A stretch of DNA of 64,000 nucleotides. Origin: Eledone cirrhosa (taxonomy: Eukaryota). This document shows, piece after piece, positions 27,101-39,800 of this stretch; position 1 is the first letter of the stretch, and every line of letters begins with the position of its first letter. The translations under genes were made by a program, and so were the position numbers. The stretch spans positions 43,090,001-43,154,000 of the forward strand of contig OZ024755.1 in the NCBI GenBank assembly GCA_964016885.1. The letters are read 5' to 3'. The notes under the pieces are model-generated. The model was not told the DNA's origin, ran no database searches, and worked only from the letters and a program-made list of their open reading frames with translations.

Positions 27101-29100
27101 TTAGCTTAGCTTAGCTTAGGATAGCTTAGGATAGCTTAGGAGAGCTTAGCTTAGGATAGCTTAGCTTAGGATAGCTTAGGATAGCTTAGCTTAGCATAGG
27201 ATAGCTTAGCTTAGCTTAGCTTAGCTTAGCTTAGGATAGCTTAGCTTAACTTAGCTTAGGATAGCTTAGGATAGCTTAGGATAGCTTAGGATAGCTTAGC
27301 TTAGCTTAGCTAAGGATAGCTTAGCTTAGCTTAGGATAGCTTAGCTTAGCTTAGCTTAGGATAGCTTAGCTTAGCTTAGCTTAGGATAGCTTAGCTTAGC
27401 TTAGCTTAGGATAGCTTAGCTTAGGATAGCTTAGGATAGCTTAGCTTAGCTTAGCTAAGGATAGCTTAGCTTAGCTTAGGATAGCTTAGCTTAGCTTAGC
27501 TAAGGATAGCTTAGCTTAGCTTAGGATAGCTTAGCTTAGCTTAGCTTAGGATAGCTTAGCTTAGCTTAGCTTAGGATAGCTTAGCTTAGCTTAGAATAGC
27601 TTAGGATAGCTTAGCTTAGGATAGCTTAGGATAGCTTAGCTTAGCTTAGGATAGCTTAGCTTAGCTTAGCTTAGGATAGCTTAGCTTAGCTTAGGATAGC
27701 TTAGCTTAGCTTAGCTTAGGATAGCTTAGCTTAGCTTAGGATAGCTTAGCTTAGCTTAGCTTAGGATAGCTTAGCTTAGCTTAGCTTAGGATAGCTTAGG
27801 ATAGCTTAGGATAGCTTAGCTTAGCTTAGCTTAGGATAGCTTAGCTTAGCTTGGCTTAGGATAGCTTAGCTTAGCTTAGCTTAGGATAGCTTAGCTTAGC
27901 TTAGCTTAGGATAGCTTAGCTTAGCTTAGCTTAGGATAGCTTAGCTTAGCTTAGCTTAGGATAGCTTAGCTTAGCTTAGCTTAGGATAGCTTAGCTTAGC
28001 TTAGCTTAGGATAGCTTAGCTTAGCTTAGGATAGCTTAGCTTAGCTTAGCTTAGGATAGCTTAGCTTAGCTTAGGATAGCTTAGCTTAGCTTAGCTTAGG
28101 ATAGCTTAGGATAGCTTAGGATAGCTTAGGATAGCTTAGCTTAGGATAGCTTAGCTTAGGATAGCTTAGCTTAGGATAGCTTAGCTTAGCTTAGCTTAGG
28201 TTAGCTTAGCTTAGGATAGCTTACGATAGCTTAGCTTAGGATAGCTTAGCTTAGGATAGCTTAGGATAGCTTAGCTTAGCTTAGCTAAGGATAGCTTAGC
28301 TTAGCTTAGGATAGCTTAGCTTAGCTTAGCTTAGGATAGCTTAGCTTAGCTTAGCTTAGGATAGCTTAGCTTAGCTTAGCTTAGGATAGCTTAGCTTAGC
28401 TTAGAATAGCTTAGGATAGCTTAGCTTAGGATAGCTTAGGATAGCTTAGCTTAGCTTAGGATAGCTTAGCTTAGCTTAGCTTAGGATAGCTTAGCTTAGC
28501 TTAGGATAGCTTAGCTTAGCTTAGCTTAGGATAGCTTAGCTTAGCTTAGGATAGCTTAGCTTAGCTTAGCTTAGGATAGCTTAGGATAGCTTAGGATAGC
28601 TTAGCTTAGCTTAGCTTAGGATAGCTTAGCTTAGCTTGGCTTAGGATAGCTTAGCTTAGCTTAGCTTAGGATAGCTTAGCTTAGCTTAGCTTAGGATAGC
28701 TTAGCTTAGCTTAGCTTAGGATAGCTTAGCTTAGCTTAGCTTAGGATAGCTTAGCTTAGCTTAGCTTAGGATAGCTTAGCTTAGCTTAGCTTAGGATAGC
28801 TTAGCTTAGCTTAGGATAGCTTAGCTTAGCTTAGCTTAGGATAGCTTAGCTTAGCTTAGGATAGCTTAGCTTAGCTTAGCTTAGGATAGCTTAGCTTAGC
28901 TTAGGATAGCTTAGCTTAGCTTAGCTTAGGATAGCTTAGCTTAGCTTAGCATAGCTTAGCTTAGCTTAGCTTAGGATAGGATAGCTTAGCTTAGCTTAGC
29001 TTAGGATAGCTTAGGATAGCTTAGGAGAGCTTAGCTTAGGATAGCTTAGCTTAGGATAGCTTAGGATAGCTTAGCTTAGCTTAGGATAGCTTAGCTTAGC
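26200..29100 (+). repeat. Nested ~1.85-kb and ~0.8-kb duplications
   Basis: TTACG 26381/28221 (offset 1840), GATAG-GATAG doublet ~27091/28976 (1885), TTAGAATAG 27591/28401 (810). Confidence 0.7.
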
Positions 29101-29329
29101 TTAGGATAGCTTAGGATAGCTTAGCTTAGGATAGCTTAGCTTAGGATAGCTTAGCTTAGGATAGCTTAGGATAGCTTAGCTTAGCTTAGGATAGCTTAGC
29201 TTAGCTTAGCTTAGGATAGCTTAGGATAGCTTAGCTTGGGATAGCTTAGCTTAGAATAGCTTAGCTTAGCTTAGCTTAGGATAGCTTAGCTTGGGATAGC
29301 TTAGGATAGCTTAGGATAGCTTAGCTTAG

Positions 29330-30161
29330 CTAAGCTATCCTAAGCTAAGCTAAGCTATCCTAAGCTAAGCTAAGATAAGCTACCTAAGCTAAGCTATCCT
29401 AAGCTATCCTAAGCTAAGCTATCCTAAGCTATCCTAAGCTAAGCTATCCTAAGCTAAGATATCCTAAGCTAAGCTAAGCTAAGCTATCCTAAGCTAAGCT
29501 AAGCTATCCTAAGCTAAGCTAAGATAAGCTACCTAAGCTAAGCTATCCTAAGCTATCCTAAGCTAAGCTATCCTAAGCTATCCTAAGCTAAGCTATCCTA
29601 AGCTATCCTAAGCTAAGCTATCCTAAGCTATCCTAAGCTAAGCTAAGCTAACCTAAGCTAAGCTATCCTAAGCTAAGCTATCCTAAGCTAAGCTATCCTA
29701 AGCTAAGCTAAGCTAAGCTATCCTAAGCTAAGCTAAGCTAAGCTATCCTAAGCTAAGCTAAGCTAAGCTATCCTAAGCTAAGCTAAGCTAAGCTAAGCTA
29801 TCCTAAGCTAAGCTAAGCTAAGCTATCCTAAGCTAAGCTAAGCTATCCTAAGCTAAGCTAAGATAAGCTACCTAAGCTAAGCTATCCTAAGCTATCCTAA
29901 GCTAAGCTATCCTAAGCTATCCTAAGCTAAGCTATCCTAAGCTATCCTAAGCTAAGCTATCCTAAGCTATCCTAAGCTAAGCTAAGCTAACCTAAGCTAA
30001 GCTATCCTAAGCTAAGCTATCCTAAGCTAAGCTATCCTAAGCTAAGCTAAGCTAAGCTATCCTAAGCTAAGCTAAGCTAAGCTATCCTAAGCTAAGCTAA
30101 GCTAAGCTATCCTAAGCTAAGCTAAGCTAAGCTATCCTAAGCTAAGCTAAGCTATCCTAAG
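29330..30161 (-). repeat. Inverted block of the pentamer satellite (reads CTAAG/CTATC on +), ~830 bp
   Basis: The sequence switches from ...GCTTAG to CTAAGCTATCC... at 29329/29330 and back from ...CCTAAG to CTTAG... at 30161/30162. Confidence 0.97.
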
Positions 30162-33100
30162 CTTAGCTTAGCTTAGCTTAGGATAGCTTAGCATAGCTTA
30201 GGATAGCTTAGCTTAGCTTAGGATAGCTTAGCTTAGCTTAGGATAGCTTAGCTTAGCTTAGCTTAGGATAGCTTAGCTTAGCTTAGCTTAGGATAGCTTA
30301 GCTTAGCTTAGCTTAGGATAGCTTAGCTTAGCTTAGCTTAGGATAGCTTAGCTTAGCTTAGGATAGCTTAGCTTAGCTTGGCTTAGGATAGCTTAGCTTA
30401 GCTTAGCTTAGGATAGCTTAGCTTAGCTTAGCTTAGGATAGCTTAGCTTAGCTTAGGATAGCTTATCTTAGTTTAGGATAGCTTAGCTTAGCTTGGCTTA
30501 GGATAGCTTAGCTTAGCTTGGCTTAGGATAGCTTAGCTTAGCTTAGCTTAGGATAGCTTAGCTTAGGATAGCTTAGGATAGCTTAGCTTAGGATAGCTTA
30601 GGATAGCTTAGCTTAGGATAGCTTAGGATAGCTTAGCTTAGGATAGCTTAGCTTAGGATAGCTTAGGATAGCTTAGCTTAGGATAGCTTAGGATAGCTTA
30701 GCTTAGGATAGCTTAGCTTAGGATAGCTTAGGATAGCTTAGCTTAGGATAGCTTAGGATAGCTTAGCTTAGGATAGCTTAGCTTAGGATAGCTTAGCTTA
30801 GCTTAGCTTAGCTTAGCTTAGCTTAGCTTAGGATAGCTTTGGATAGATTAGCTTAGGATAGCTTAGCTTAGGATAGCTTAGCTTAGGATAGCTTAGGATA
30901 GCTTAGCTTAGGATAGCTTAGGATAGCTTAGCTTAGCTTAGGATAGCTTAGGATAGCTTAGGTTAGCTTAGCTTAGGATAGCTTAGGATAGCTTAGGTTA
31001 GCTTAGCTTAGGATAGCTTAGGATAGCTTAGGATAGCTTAGCTTAGCTTAGGATAGCTTAGCTTAGCTTAGCTTAGGATAGCTTAGCTTATCTTAGCTTA
31101 GGATAGCTTAGCTTAGCTTAGGATAGCTTAGCTTAGCTTAGCTTAGGATAGCTTAGCTTAGGATAGCTTAGGATAGCTTAGCTTAGCTTAGCTTAGGATA
31201 GCTTAGCTTAGCTTAGCTTAGGATAGCTTAGCTTAGCTTAGCTTAGGATAGCTTAGCTTAGCTTAGCTTAGGATAGCTTAGCTTAGCTTAGCTTAGGATA
31301 GCTTAGCTTAGCTTAGGATAGCTTAGCTTAGCTTAGGATAGCTTAGCTTAGCTTAGCTTAGGATAGCTTAGCTTAGCTTAGCTTAGGATAGCTTAGCTTA
31401 GCTTAGGATAGCTTAGCTTAGCTTAGGATAGCTTAGCTTAGCTTAGCTTAGGATAGCTTAGCTTAGCTTAGGATAGCTTAGCTTAGCTTAGCTTAGGATA
31501 GCTTAGCTTAGCTTAGCTTAGGATAGCTTAGCTTAGCTTAGCTTAGGATAGCTTAGCTTAGCTTAGCTTAGCTTAGCTTAGGATAGCTTAGCTTAGCTTA
31601 GCTTAGCTTAGTTTAGCTTAGCTTAGGATAGCTTAGCTTAACTTAGGATAGCTTAGCTTAGCTTAGCTTAGGATAGCTTAGCTTAGCTTAGCTTAGGATA
31701 GCTTAGCTTAGCTTAGCTTAGGATAGCTTAGCTTAGCTTAGCTTAGGATAGCTTAGCTTAGCTTAGCTTAGGATAGCTTAGCTTAGCTTAGCTTAGGATA
31801 GCTTAGCTTAGCTTAGCATAGCTTAGCTTAGCTTAGCTTAGGATAGCTTAGCTTAGCTTAGCTTAGGATAGCTTAGCTTAGCTTAGCTTAGGATAGCTTA
31901 GCTTAGCTTAGGATAGCTTAGGATAGCTTACCTTAGGATAGCTTAGGATAGCTTAGCTTAGGATAGCTTAGCTTAGGATAGCTTAGCTTAGGATAGCTTA
32001 GCTTAGCTTAGGATAGCTTAGCTTAGCTTAGGATAGCTTAGCTTAGCTTAGCTTAGGATAGCTTAGGATAGCTTAGCTTAGGGTAGCTTAGCTTAGGATA
32101 GCTTAGGATAGCTTAGCTTAGCTTAGCTTAGGATAGCTTAGCTTAGCTTAGCTTAGGATAGCTTAGGATAGCTTAGCTTAGGGTAGCTTAGCTTAGGATA
32201 GCTTAGGATAGCTTAGCTTAGCTTAGCTTAGGATAGCTTAGCTTGGGATAGCTTAGGATAGCTTAGCTTAGGATAGCTTACTTTAGGATAGCTTAGGATA
32301 GCTTAGCTTAGCTTAGCTTAGGATAGCTTACGATAGCTTAGGATAGCTTAGCTTAGCTTAGGATAGCTTAGCTTAGCTTAGCTTAGGATAGCTTAGCTTA
32401 GCTTAGCTTAGGATAGCTTAGCTTAGGATAGCTTAGGATAGCTTAGCTTAGCTTAGGATAGCTTAGCTTAGCTTAGCTTAGGATAGCTTAGCTTAGCTTA
32501 GCTTAGGATAGCTTAGCTTATCTTAGCTTAGGATAGCTTAGCTTAGCTTAGCTTAGGATAGCTTAGCTTAGCTTAGCTTAGGATAGCTTAGCTTAGGATA
32601 GCTTAGCTTAGGATAGCTTAGCTTAGGTAGCTTAGGATAGCTTAGCTTAGCATATCTTAGGATAGCTTAGCTTAGGATAGCTTAGCTTAGCTTAGCTTAG
32701 GATAGCTTAGCTTAGGATAGCTTAGGATAGCTTAGCTTAGCTTAGCTTAGGATAGCTTAGCTTAGCTTAGCTTAGGATAGCTTAGCTTAGCTTAGGATAG
32801 CTTAGCTTAGCTTAGGATAGCTTAGCTTAGCTTAGCTTAGGATAGCTTAGCTTAGCTTAGCTTAGGATAGCTTAGCTTAGCTTAGCTTAGGATAGCTTAG
32901 CTTAGCTTAGGATAGCTTAGCTTAGCTTAGCTCAGGATAGCTTAGCTTAGCTTAGCTTAGGATAGCTTATCTTAGCTTAGCTTAGGATAGCTTAGCTTAG
33001 GTTAGCTTAGGATAGCTTAGCTTAGCTTGGCTTAGGGTAGCTTAGCTTAGCTTAGCTTAGGATAGCCTAGCTTAGCTTAGCTTAGGATGGCTTAGCTTAG

Positions 33101-34529
33101 CTTAGCTTAGGATAGCTTAGCTTAGCTTAGCTTAGGATAGCTTAGCTTAGTTTAGGATAGCTTAGCTTAGCTTAGCTTAGCTTAGGATAGCTTAGGATAG
33201 CTTAGCTTAGGATAGCTTAGGATAGCTTAGCTTAGGATAGCTTAGCATAGCTTATCTTGGGATAGCTTAGCTTAGGATAGCTTAGCTTAGGATAGCATAG
33301 GATAGCTTAGCTTAGGATAGCTTAGGATAGCTTAGCTTAGGATAGCTTAGGATAGCTTAGCTTAGGATAGCTTAGCTTAGTATAGCTTAGGAAAGCTTAG
33401 CTTAGCTTAGGATAGCTTAGCTTAGCTTAGCTTAGGATAGCTTAGCTTAGCTTAGCTTAGGATAGCTTAGCTTAGCTTAGGATAGCTTAGCTTAGCTTAG
33501 GATAGCTTAGCTTAGCTTAGCTTAGGATAGCTTAGCTTAGGATAGCTTAGGATAGCTTAGCTTAGCTTAGCTTAGGATAGCTTAGCTTAGCTTAGCTTAG
33601 GATAGCTTAGCTTAGCTTAGCTTAGGATAGCTTAGCTTAGCTTAGCTTAGGATAGCTTAGCTTAGCTTAGCTTAGGATAGCTTAGCTTAGCTTAGGATAG
33701 CTTAGCTTAGGTTAGCTTAGGATAGCTTAGCTTAGCTTAGGATAGCTTAGGATAGCTTAGCTTAGCTTAGCTTAGGATAGCTTAGCTTAGCTTAGCTTAG
33801 GATAGCTTAGCTTAGCTTAGGATAGCTTAGCTTAGCTTAGGATAGCTTAGCTTAGGATAGCTTAGGATAGCTTAGCTTAGGATAGCTTAGCTTAGGATAG
33901 CTTAGGATAGCTTAGCTTAGCTTAGCTTAGGATAGCTTAGCTTAGCTTAGCTTAGGATAGCTTAGCTTAGCTTAGCTTAGGATAGCTTAGAATAGCTTAG
34001 GATAGCTTAGCTTAGGATAGCTTAGCTTAGCTTAGGATAGCTTAGCTTAGGATAGCTTAGGATAGCTTAGCTTAGGATAGCTTAGCTTAGGATAGCTTAG
34101 GATAGCTTAGCTTAGCTTAGCTTAGGATAGCTTAGCTTAGCTTAGGATAGCTTAGCTTAGCTTAGCTTAGGATAGCTTAGCTTAGCTTAGCTTAGGATAG
34201 CTTAGGATAGCTTAGCTTAGGATAGCTTAGGATAGCTTAGCTTAGGATAGCTTAGGATAGCTTAGCTTAGGATAGCTTAGCTTAGGATAGCTTAGGATAG
34301 CTTAGCTTAGGATAGCTTAGGATAGCTTAGCTTAGCTTAGCTTAGGATAGCTTAGCTTAGTTTAGGATAGCTTAGCTTAGCTTGGCTTAGGATAGCTTAG
34401 CTTAGCTTAGCTTAGGATAGCTTAGCTTAGGATAGCTTAGCTTAGGATAGCTTAGGATAGCTTAGCTTAGGATAGCTTAGCTTAGGATAGCTTAGGACAG
34501 CTTAGCTTAGGATAGCTTAGGATAGCTTA

Positions 34530-37500
34530 GCTTAGGATAGCTTAGGATAGCTTAGCTTAGGATAGCTTAGCTTAGGATAGCTTAGCTTAGCTTAGCTTAG
34601 GATAGCTTAGCTTAGGATAGCTTTGGATAGCTTAGCTTAGGATAGCTTAGCTTAGGATAGCTTAGCTTAGGATAGCTTAGGATAGCTTAGCTTAGGATAG
34701 CTTAGGATAGCTTAGCTTAGGATAGCGTAGCTTAGCTTAGCTTAGCTTAGGATAGCTTAGCTTAGGATAGCTTAGGATAGCTTAGGATAGCTTAGCTTAG
34801 GATAGCTTAGCTTAGGATAGCTTAGCTTAGCTTAGGTTAGCTTAGGATAGCTTAGCTTAGGATAGCTTAGCTTAGGATAGCTTAGCTTAGGATAGCTTAG
34901 CTTAGGATAGCTTAGCTTAGCTTAGCTTAGGATAGCGTAGCTTAGCTTAGCTTAGCTTAGGATAGCTTAGCTTAGGATAGCTTAGGATAGCTTAGGATAG
35001 CTTAGCTTAGGATAGCTTAGCTTAGGATAGCTTAGCTTAGCTTAGGTTAGCTTAGGATAGCTTAGCTTAGGATAGCTTAGCTTAGCTTAGCTTAGGTTAG
35101 CTTAGGATAGCTTAGCTTAGGATAGCTTAGCTTAGGATAGCTTAGGATAGCTTAGCTTAGCTTAGTTTAGGATAGCTTAGCTTAGCTTAGCTAAGGATAG
35201 CTTAGCTTAGCTTAGGATAGCTTAGCTTAGCTTAGCTTAGGATAGCTTAGCTTAGCTTAGCTTAGGATAGCTTAGCTTAGCTTAGCTTAGGATAGCTTAG
35301 CTTAGGATAGCTTAGCTTAGGATAGCTTAGGATAGCTTAGCTTAGCTTAGCTTAGGATAGCTTAGCTTAGCTTAGCTTAGCTTAGGATAGCTTAGCTTAG
35401 CTTAGGATAGCTTAGCTTAGCTTAGCTTAGGATAGCTTAGCTTAGCTTAGCTTAGGATAGCTTAGGATAGCTTAGCTTAGCTTAGCTTAGCTTAGCTTAG
35501 GATAGCTTAGCTTAGCTTAGCTTAGGATAGCTTAGCTTAGCTTAGCTTAGGATAGCTTAGCTTAGCTTAGGATAGCTTAGCTTAGCTTAGCTTACGATAG
35601 CTTAGCTTAGCTTAGCTTAGGATAGCTTAGCTTAGCTTAGCTTAGGATAGCTTAGCTTAGCTTAGCTTAGCATAGCTTAGCTTAGCTTAGCTTAGGATAG
35701 CTTAGCTTAGCTTAGCTTAGGATAGCTTAGCTTAGCTTAGGATAGCTTAGGATAGCTTAGCTTAGGATAGCTTAGGATAGCTTTCCTTAGGAGAGCTTAG
35801 CTTAGGATAGCTTAGCTTAGGATAGCTTAGGATAGCTTAGCTTAGGATAGCTTAGCTTAGGATAGCTTAGGATAGCTTAGCTTATCTTAGGATAGCTTAG
35901 CTTAGCTTAGGATAGCTTAGGATAGCTTAGCTTAGGATAGCTTAGGATAGCTTAGCTTAGGATAGCTTAGGATAGCTTAGCTTAGCTTAGCTTAGGATAG
36001 CTTAGCTTAGCTTAGCTTAGGATAGCTTAGCTTAGCTTAGCTTAGCTTAGGATAGCTTAGGATAGCTTAGCTTAGGTTAGCTTAGGATAGCTTAGCTTGG
36101 GATAGCTTAGGATAGCTTAGCTTAGGATAGCTTAGGATAGCTTAGCTTAGCTTAGCTTAGGATAGCTTAGCTTAGCTTAGCTTAGGATAGCTTAGCTTAG
36201 CTTAGGATAGCTTAGCTTAGGATAGCTTAGCTTAGCTTAGCTTAGGATAGCTTAGCTTAGCTTAGGATAGCTTAGCTTAGGATAGCTTAGCTTAGCTTAG
36301 CTTAGGATAGCTTAGCTTAGCTTAGGATAGCTTAGCTTAGCTTAGGATAGCTTAGCTTAGGATAGCTTAGCTTAGGATAGCTTAGGATAGCTTAGCTTAG
36401 GATAGCTTAGCTTAGCTTAGCTTAGGATAGCTTAGCTTAGCTTAGCTTAGGATAGCTTAGCTTAGGATAGCTTAGGATAGCTTAGCTTAGCTTAGCTTAG
36501 GATAGCTTAGCTTAGCTTAGCTTAGGATAGCTTAGCTTAGCTTAGGATAGCCTAGCTTAGCTTAGCTTAGGATGGCTTAGCTTAGCTTAGCTTAGGATAG
36601 CTTAGCTTAGTTTAGGATAGCTTAGCTTAGGATAGCTTAGCTTAGGATAGCTTAGGATAGCTTAGCTTAGGATAGCTTAGGATAGCTTAGCTTAGGATAG
36701 CTTAGCTTAGGATAGCTTAGGAAAGCTTAGCTTAGCTTAGCTTAGCATAGCTTAGCTTAGCTTAGGATAGCTTAGCTTAGCTTAGCTTAGGATAGCTTAG
36801 CTTAGCTTAGCTTAGGATAGCTTAGCTTAGCTTAGCTTAGGATAGCTTAGGATAGCTTAGCTTAGGTTAGCTTAGCTTAGGATAGCTTAGGATAGCTTAG
36901 CTTAGGATAGCTTAGGATAGCTTAGCTTAGGATAGCTTAGCTTAGCTTAGCTTAGGATAGCTTAGCTTAGCTTAGCTTAGGATAGCTTAGCTTAGCTTAG
37001 CTTAGCTTAGGATAGCTTAGCTTAGCTTAGCTTAGGATAGCTTAGGATAGCTTAGGATAGCTTAGCTTAGGATAGCTTAGCTTAGGATAGCTTAGCTTAG
37101 CTTAGCTTAGGATAGCTTAGCTTAGGATAGCTTAGGATAGCTTAGCTTAGGATAGCTTAGCTTAGGATAGCTTAGGATAGCTTAGCTTAGCTTAGCTTAG
37201 CTTAGCTTAGCTTAGGATAGCTTAGCTTAGCTTAGCTTAGGATAGCTTAGCTTAGCTTAGCTTAGCTTAGCTTAGCTTAGGATAGCTTAGCTTAGGATAG
37301 CTTAGCTTAGCTTAGCTTAGGATAGCTTAGCTTAGCTTAGGATAGCTTAGCTTAGCTTAGCTTAGGATAGCTTAGCTTAGGATAGCTTAGGATAGCTTAG
37401 CTTAGGATAGCTTAGCTTAGGATAGCTTAGCTTAGCTTAGCTTAGGATAGCTTAGCTTAGGATAGCTTTGGATAGCTTAGCTTAGGATAGCTTAGCTTAG

Positions 37501-39800
37501 GATAGCTTAGCTTAGGATAGCTTAGGATAGCTTAGCTTAGGATAGCTTAGGATAGCTTAGCTTAGGATAGCGTAGCTTAGCTTAGCTTAGCTTAGGATAG
37601 CTTAGCTTAGGATAGCTTAGGATAGCTTAGGATAGCTTAGCTTAGGATAGCTTAGCTTAGGATAGCTTAGCTTAGCTTAGGTTAGCTTAGGATAGCTTAG
37701 CTTAGGATAGCTTAGCTTAGGATAGCTTAGCTTAGGATAGCTTAGCTTAGGATAGCTTAGCTTAGCTTAGCTTAGGATAGCGTAGCTTAGCTTAGCTTAG
37801 CTTAGGATAGCTTAGCTTAGGATAGCTTAGGATAGCTTAGGATAGCTTAGCTTAGGATAGCTTAGCTTAGGATAGCTTAGCTTAGCTTAGGTTAGCTTAG
37901 GATAGCTTAGCTTAGGATAGCTTAGCTTAGCTTAGCTTAGGTTAGCTTAGGATAGCTTAGCTTAGGATAGCTTAGCTTAGGATAGCTTAGGATAGCTTAG
38001 CTTAGCTTAGTTTAGGATAGCTTAGCTTAGCTTAGCTAAGGATAGCTTAGCTTAGCTTAGGATAGCTTAGCTTAGCTTAGCTTAGGATAGCTTAGCTTAG
38101 CTTAGCTTAGGATAGCTTAGCTTAGCTTAGCTTAGGATAGCTTAGCTTAGGATAGCTTAGCTTAGGATAGCTTAGGATAGCTTAGCTTAGCTTAGCTTAG
38201 GATAGCTTAGCTTAGCTTAGCTTAGCTTAGGATAGCTTAGCTTAGCTTAGGATAGCTTAGCTTAGCTTAGCTTAGGATAGCTTAGCTTAGCTTAGCTTAG
38301 GATAGCTTAGGATAGCTTAGCTTAGCTTAGCTTAGCTTAGCTTAGGATAGCTTAGCTTAGCTTAGCTTAGGATAGCTTAGCTTAGCTTAGCTTAGGATAG
38401 CTTAGCTTAGCTTAGGATAGCTTAGCTTAGCTTAGCTTACGATAGCTTAGCTTAGCTTAGCTTAGGATAGCTTAGCTTAGCTTAGCTTAGGATAGCTTAG
38501 CTTAGCTTAGCTTAGCATAGCTTAGCTTAGCTTAGCTTAGGATAGCTTAGCTTAGCTTAGCTTAGGATAGCTTAGCTTAGCTTAGGATAGCTTAGGATAG
38601 CTTAGCTTAGGATAGCTTAGGATAGCTTACCTTAGGAGAGCTTAGCTTAGGATAGCTTAGCTTAGGATAGCTTAGGATAGCTTAGCTTAGGATAGCTTAG
38701 CTTAGGATAGCTTAGGATAGCTTAGCTTATCTTAGGATAGCTTAGCTTAGCTTAGGATAGCTTAGGATAGCTTAGCTTAGGATAGCTTAGGATAGCTTAG
38801 CTTAGGATAGCTTAGGATAGCTTAGCTTAGCTTAGCTTAGGATAGCTTAGCTTAGCTTAGCTTAGGATAGCTTAGCTTAGCTTAGCTTAGCTTAGGATAG
38901 CTTAGGATAGCTTAGCTTAGGTTAGCTTAGGATAGCTTAGCTTGGGATAGCTTAGCTTAGCTTAGCTTAGGATAGCTTAGCTTAGCTTAGGATAGCTTAG
39001 CTTAGGATAGCTTAGCTTAGCTTAGCTTAGGATAGCTTAGCTTAGCTTAGGATAGCTTAGCTTAGGATAGCTTAGCTTAGCTTAGCTTAGGATAGCTTAG
39101 CTTAGCTTAGGATAGCTTAGCTTAGCTTAGGATAGCTTAGCTTAGGATAGCTTAGCTTAGGATAGCTTAGGATAGCTTAGCTTAGGATAGCTTAGCTTAG
39201 CTTAGCTTAGGATAGCTTAGCTTAGCTTAGCTTAGGATAGCTTAGCTTAGGATAGCTTAGGATAGCTTAGCTTAGCTTAGCTTAGGATAGCTTAGCTTAG
39301 CTTAGCTTAGGATAGCTTAGCTTAGCTTAGGATAGCCTAGCTTAGCTTAGCTTAGGATGGCTTAGCTTAGCTTAGCTTAGGATAGCTTAGCTTAGTTTAG
39401 GATAGCTTAGCTTAGGATAGCTTAGCTTAGGATAGCTTAGGATAGCTTAGCTTAGGATAGCTTAGGATAGCTTAGCTTAGGATAGCTTAGCTTAGGATAG
39501 CTTAGGAAAGCTTAGCTTAGCTTAGCTTAGCATAGCTTAGCTTAGCTTAGGATAGCTTAGCTTAGCTTAGCTTAGGATCGCTTAGCTTAGCTTAGCTTAG
39601 GATAGCTTAGCTTAGCTTAGCTTAGGATAGCTTAGGATAGCTTAGCTTAGGTTAGCTTAGCTTAGGATAGCTTAGGATAGCTTAGCTTAGGATAGCTTAG
39701 GATAGCTTAGCTTAGGATAGCTTAGGATAGCTTAGCTTAGCTTAGCTTAGGATAGCTTAGCTTAGCTTAGCTTAGGATAGCTTAGCTTAGCTTAGCTTAG
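34530..39800 (+). repeat. ~2.8-kb higher-order tandem duplication containing a 210-bp internal duplication
   Basis: CGTAG 34726/37571 and 34936/37781, CTAAG 35191/38036 and CTTAC 35591/38436 all have offset 2845. CCTAG 36551/39336 and GAAAG 36721/39506 have offset 2785. Confidence 0.87.

Noticed and set aside
29330-30161. Site-specific invertible switch or telomere-telomere fusion
   Set aside because: There is no recombinase, unique recombination site or TTAGGG/CCCTAA head-to-head junction, and the orientation reverts after ~830 bp.
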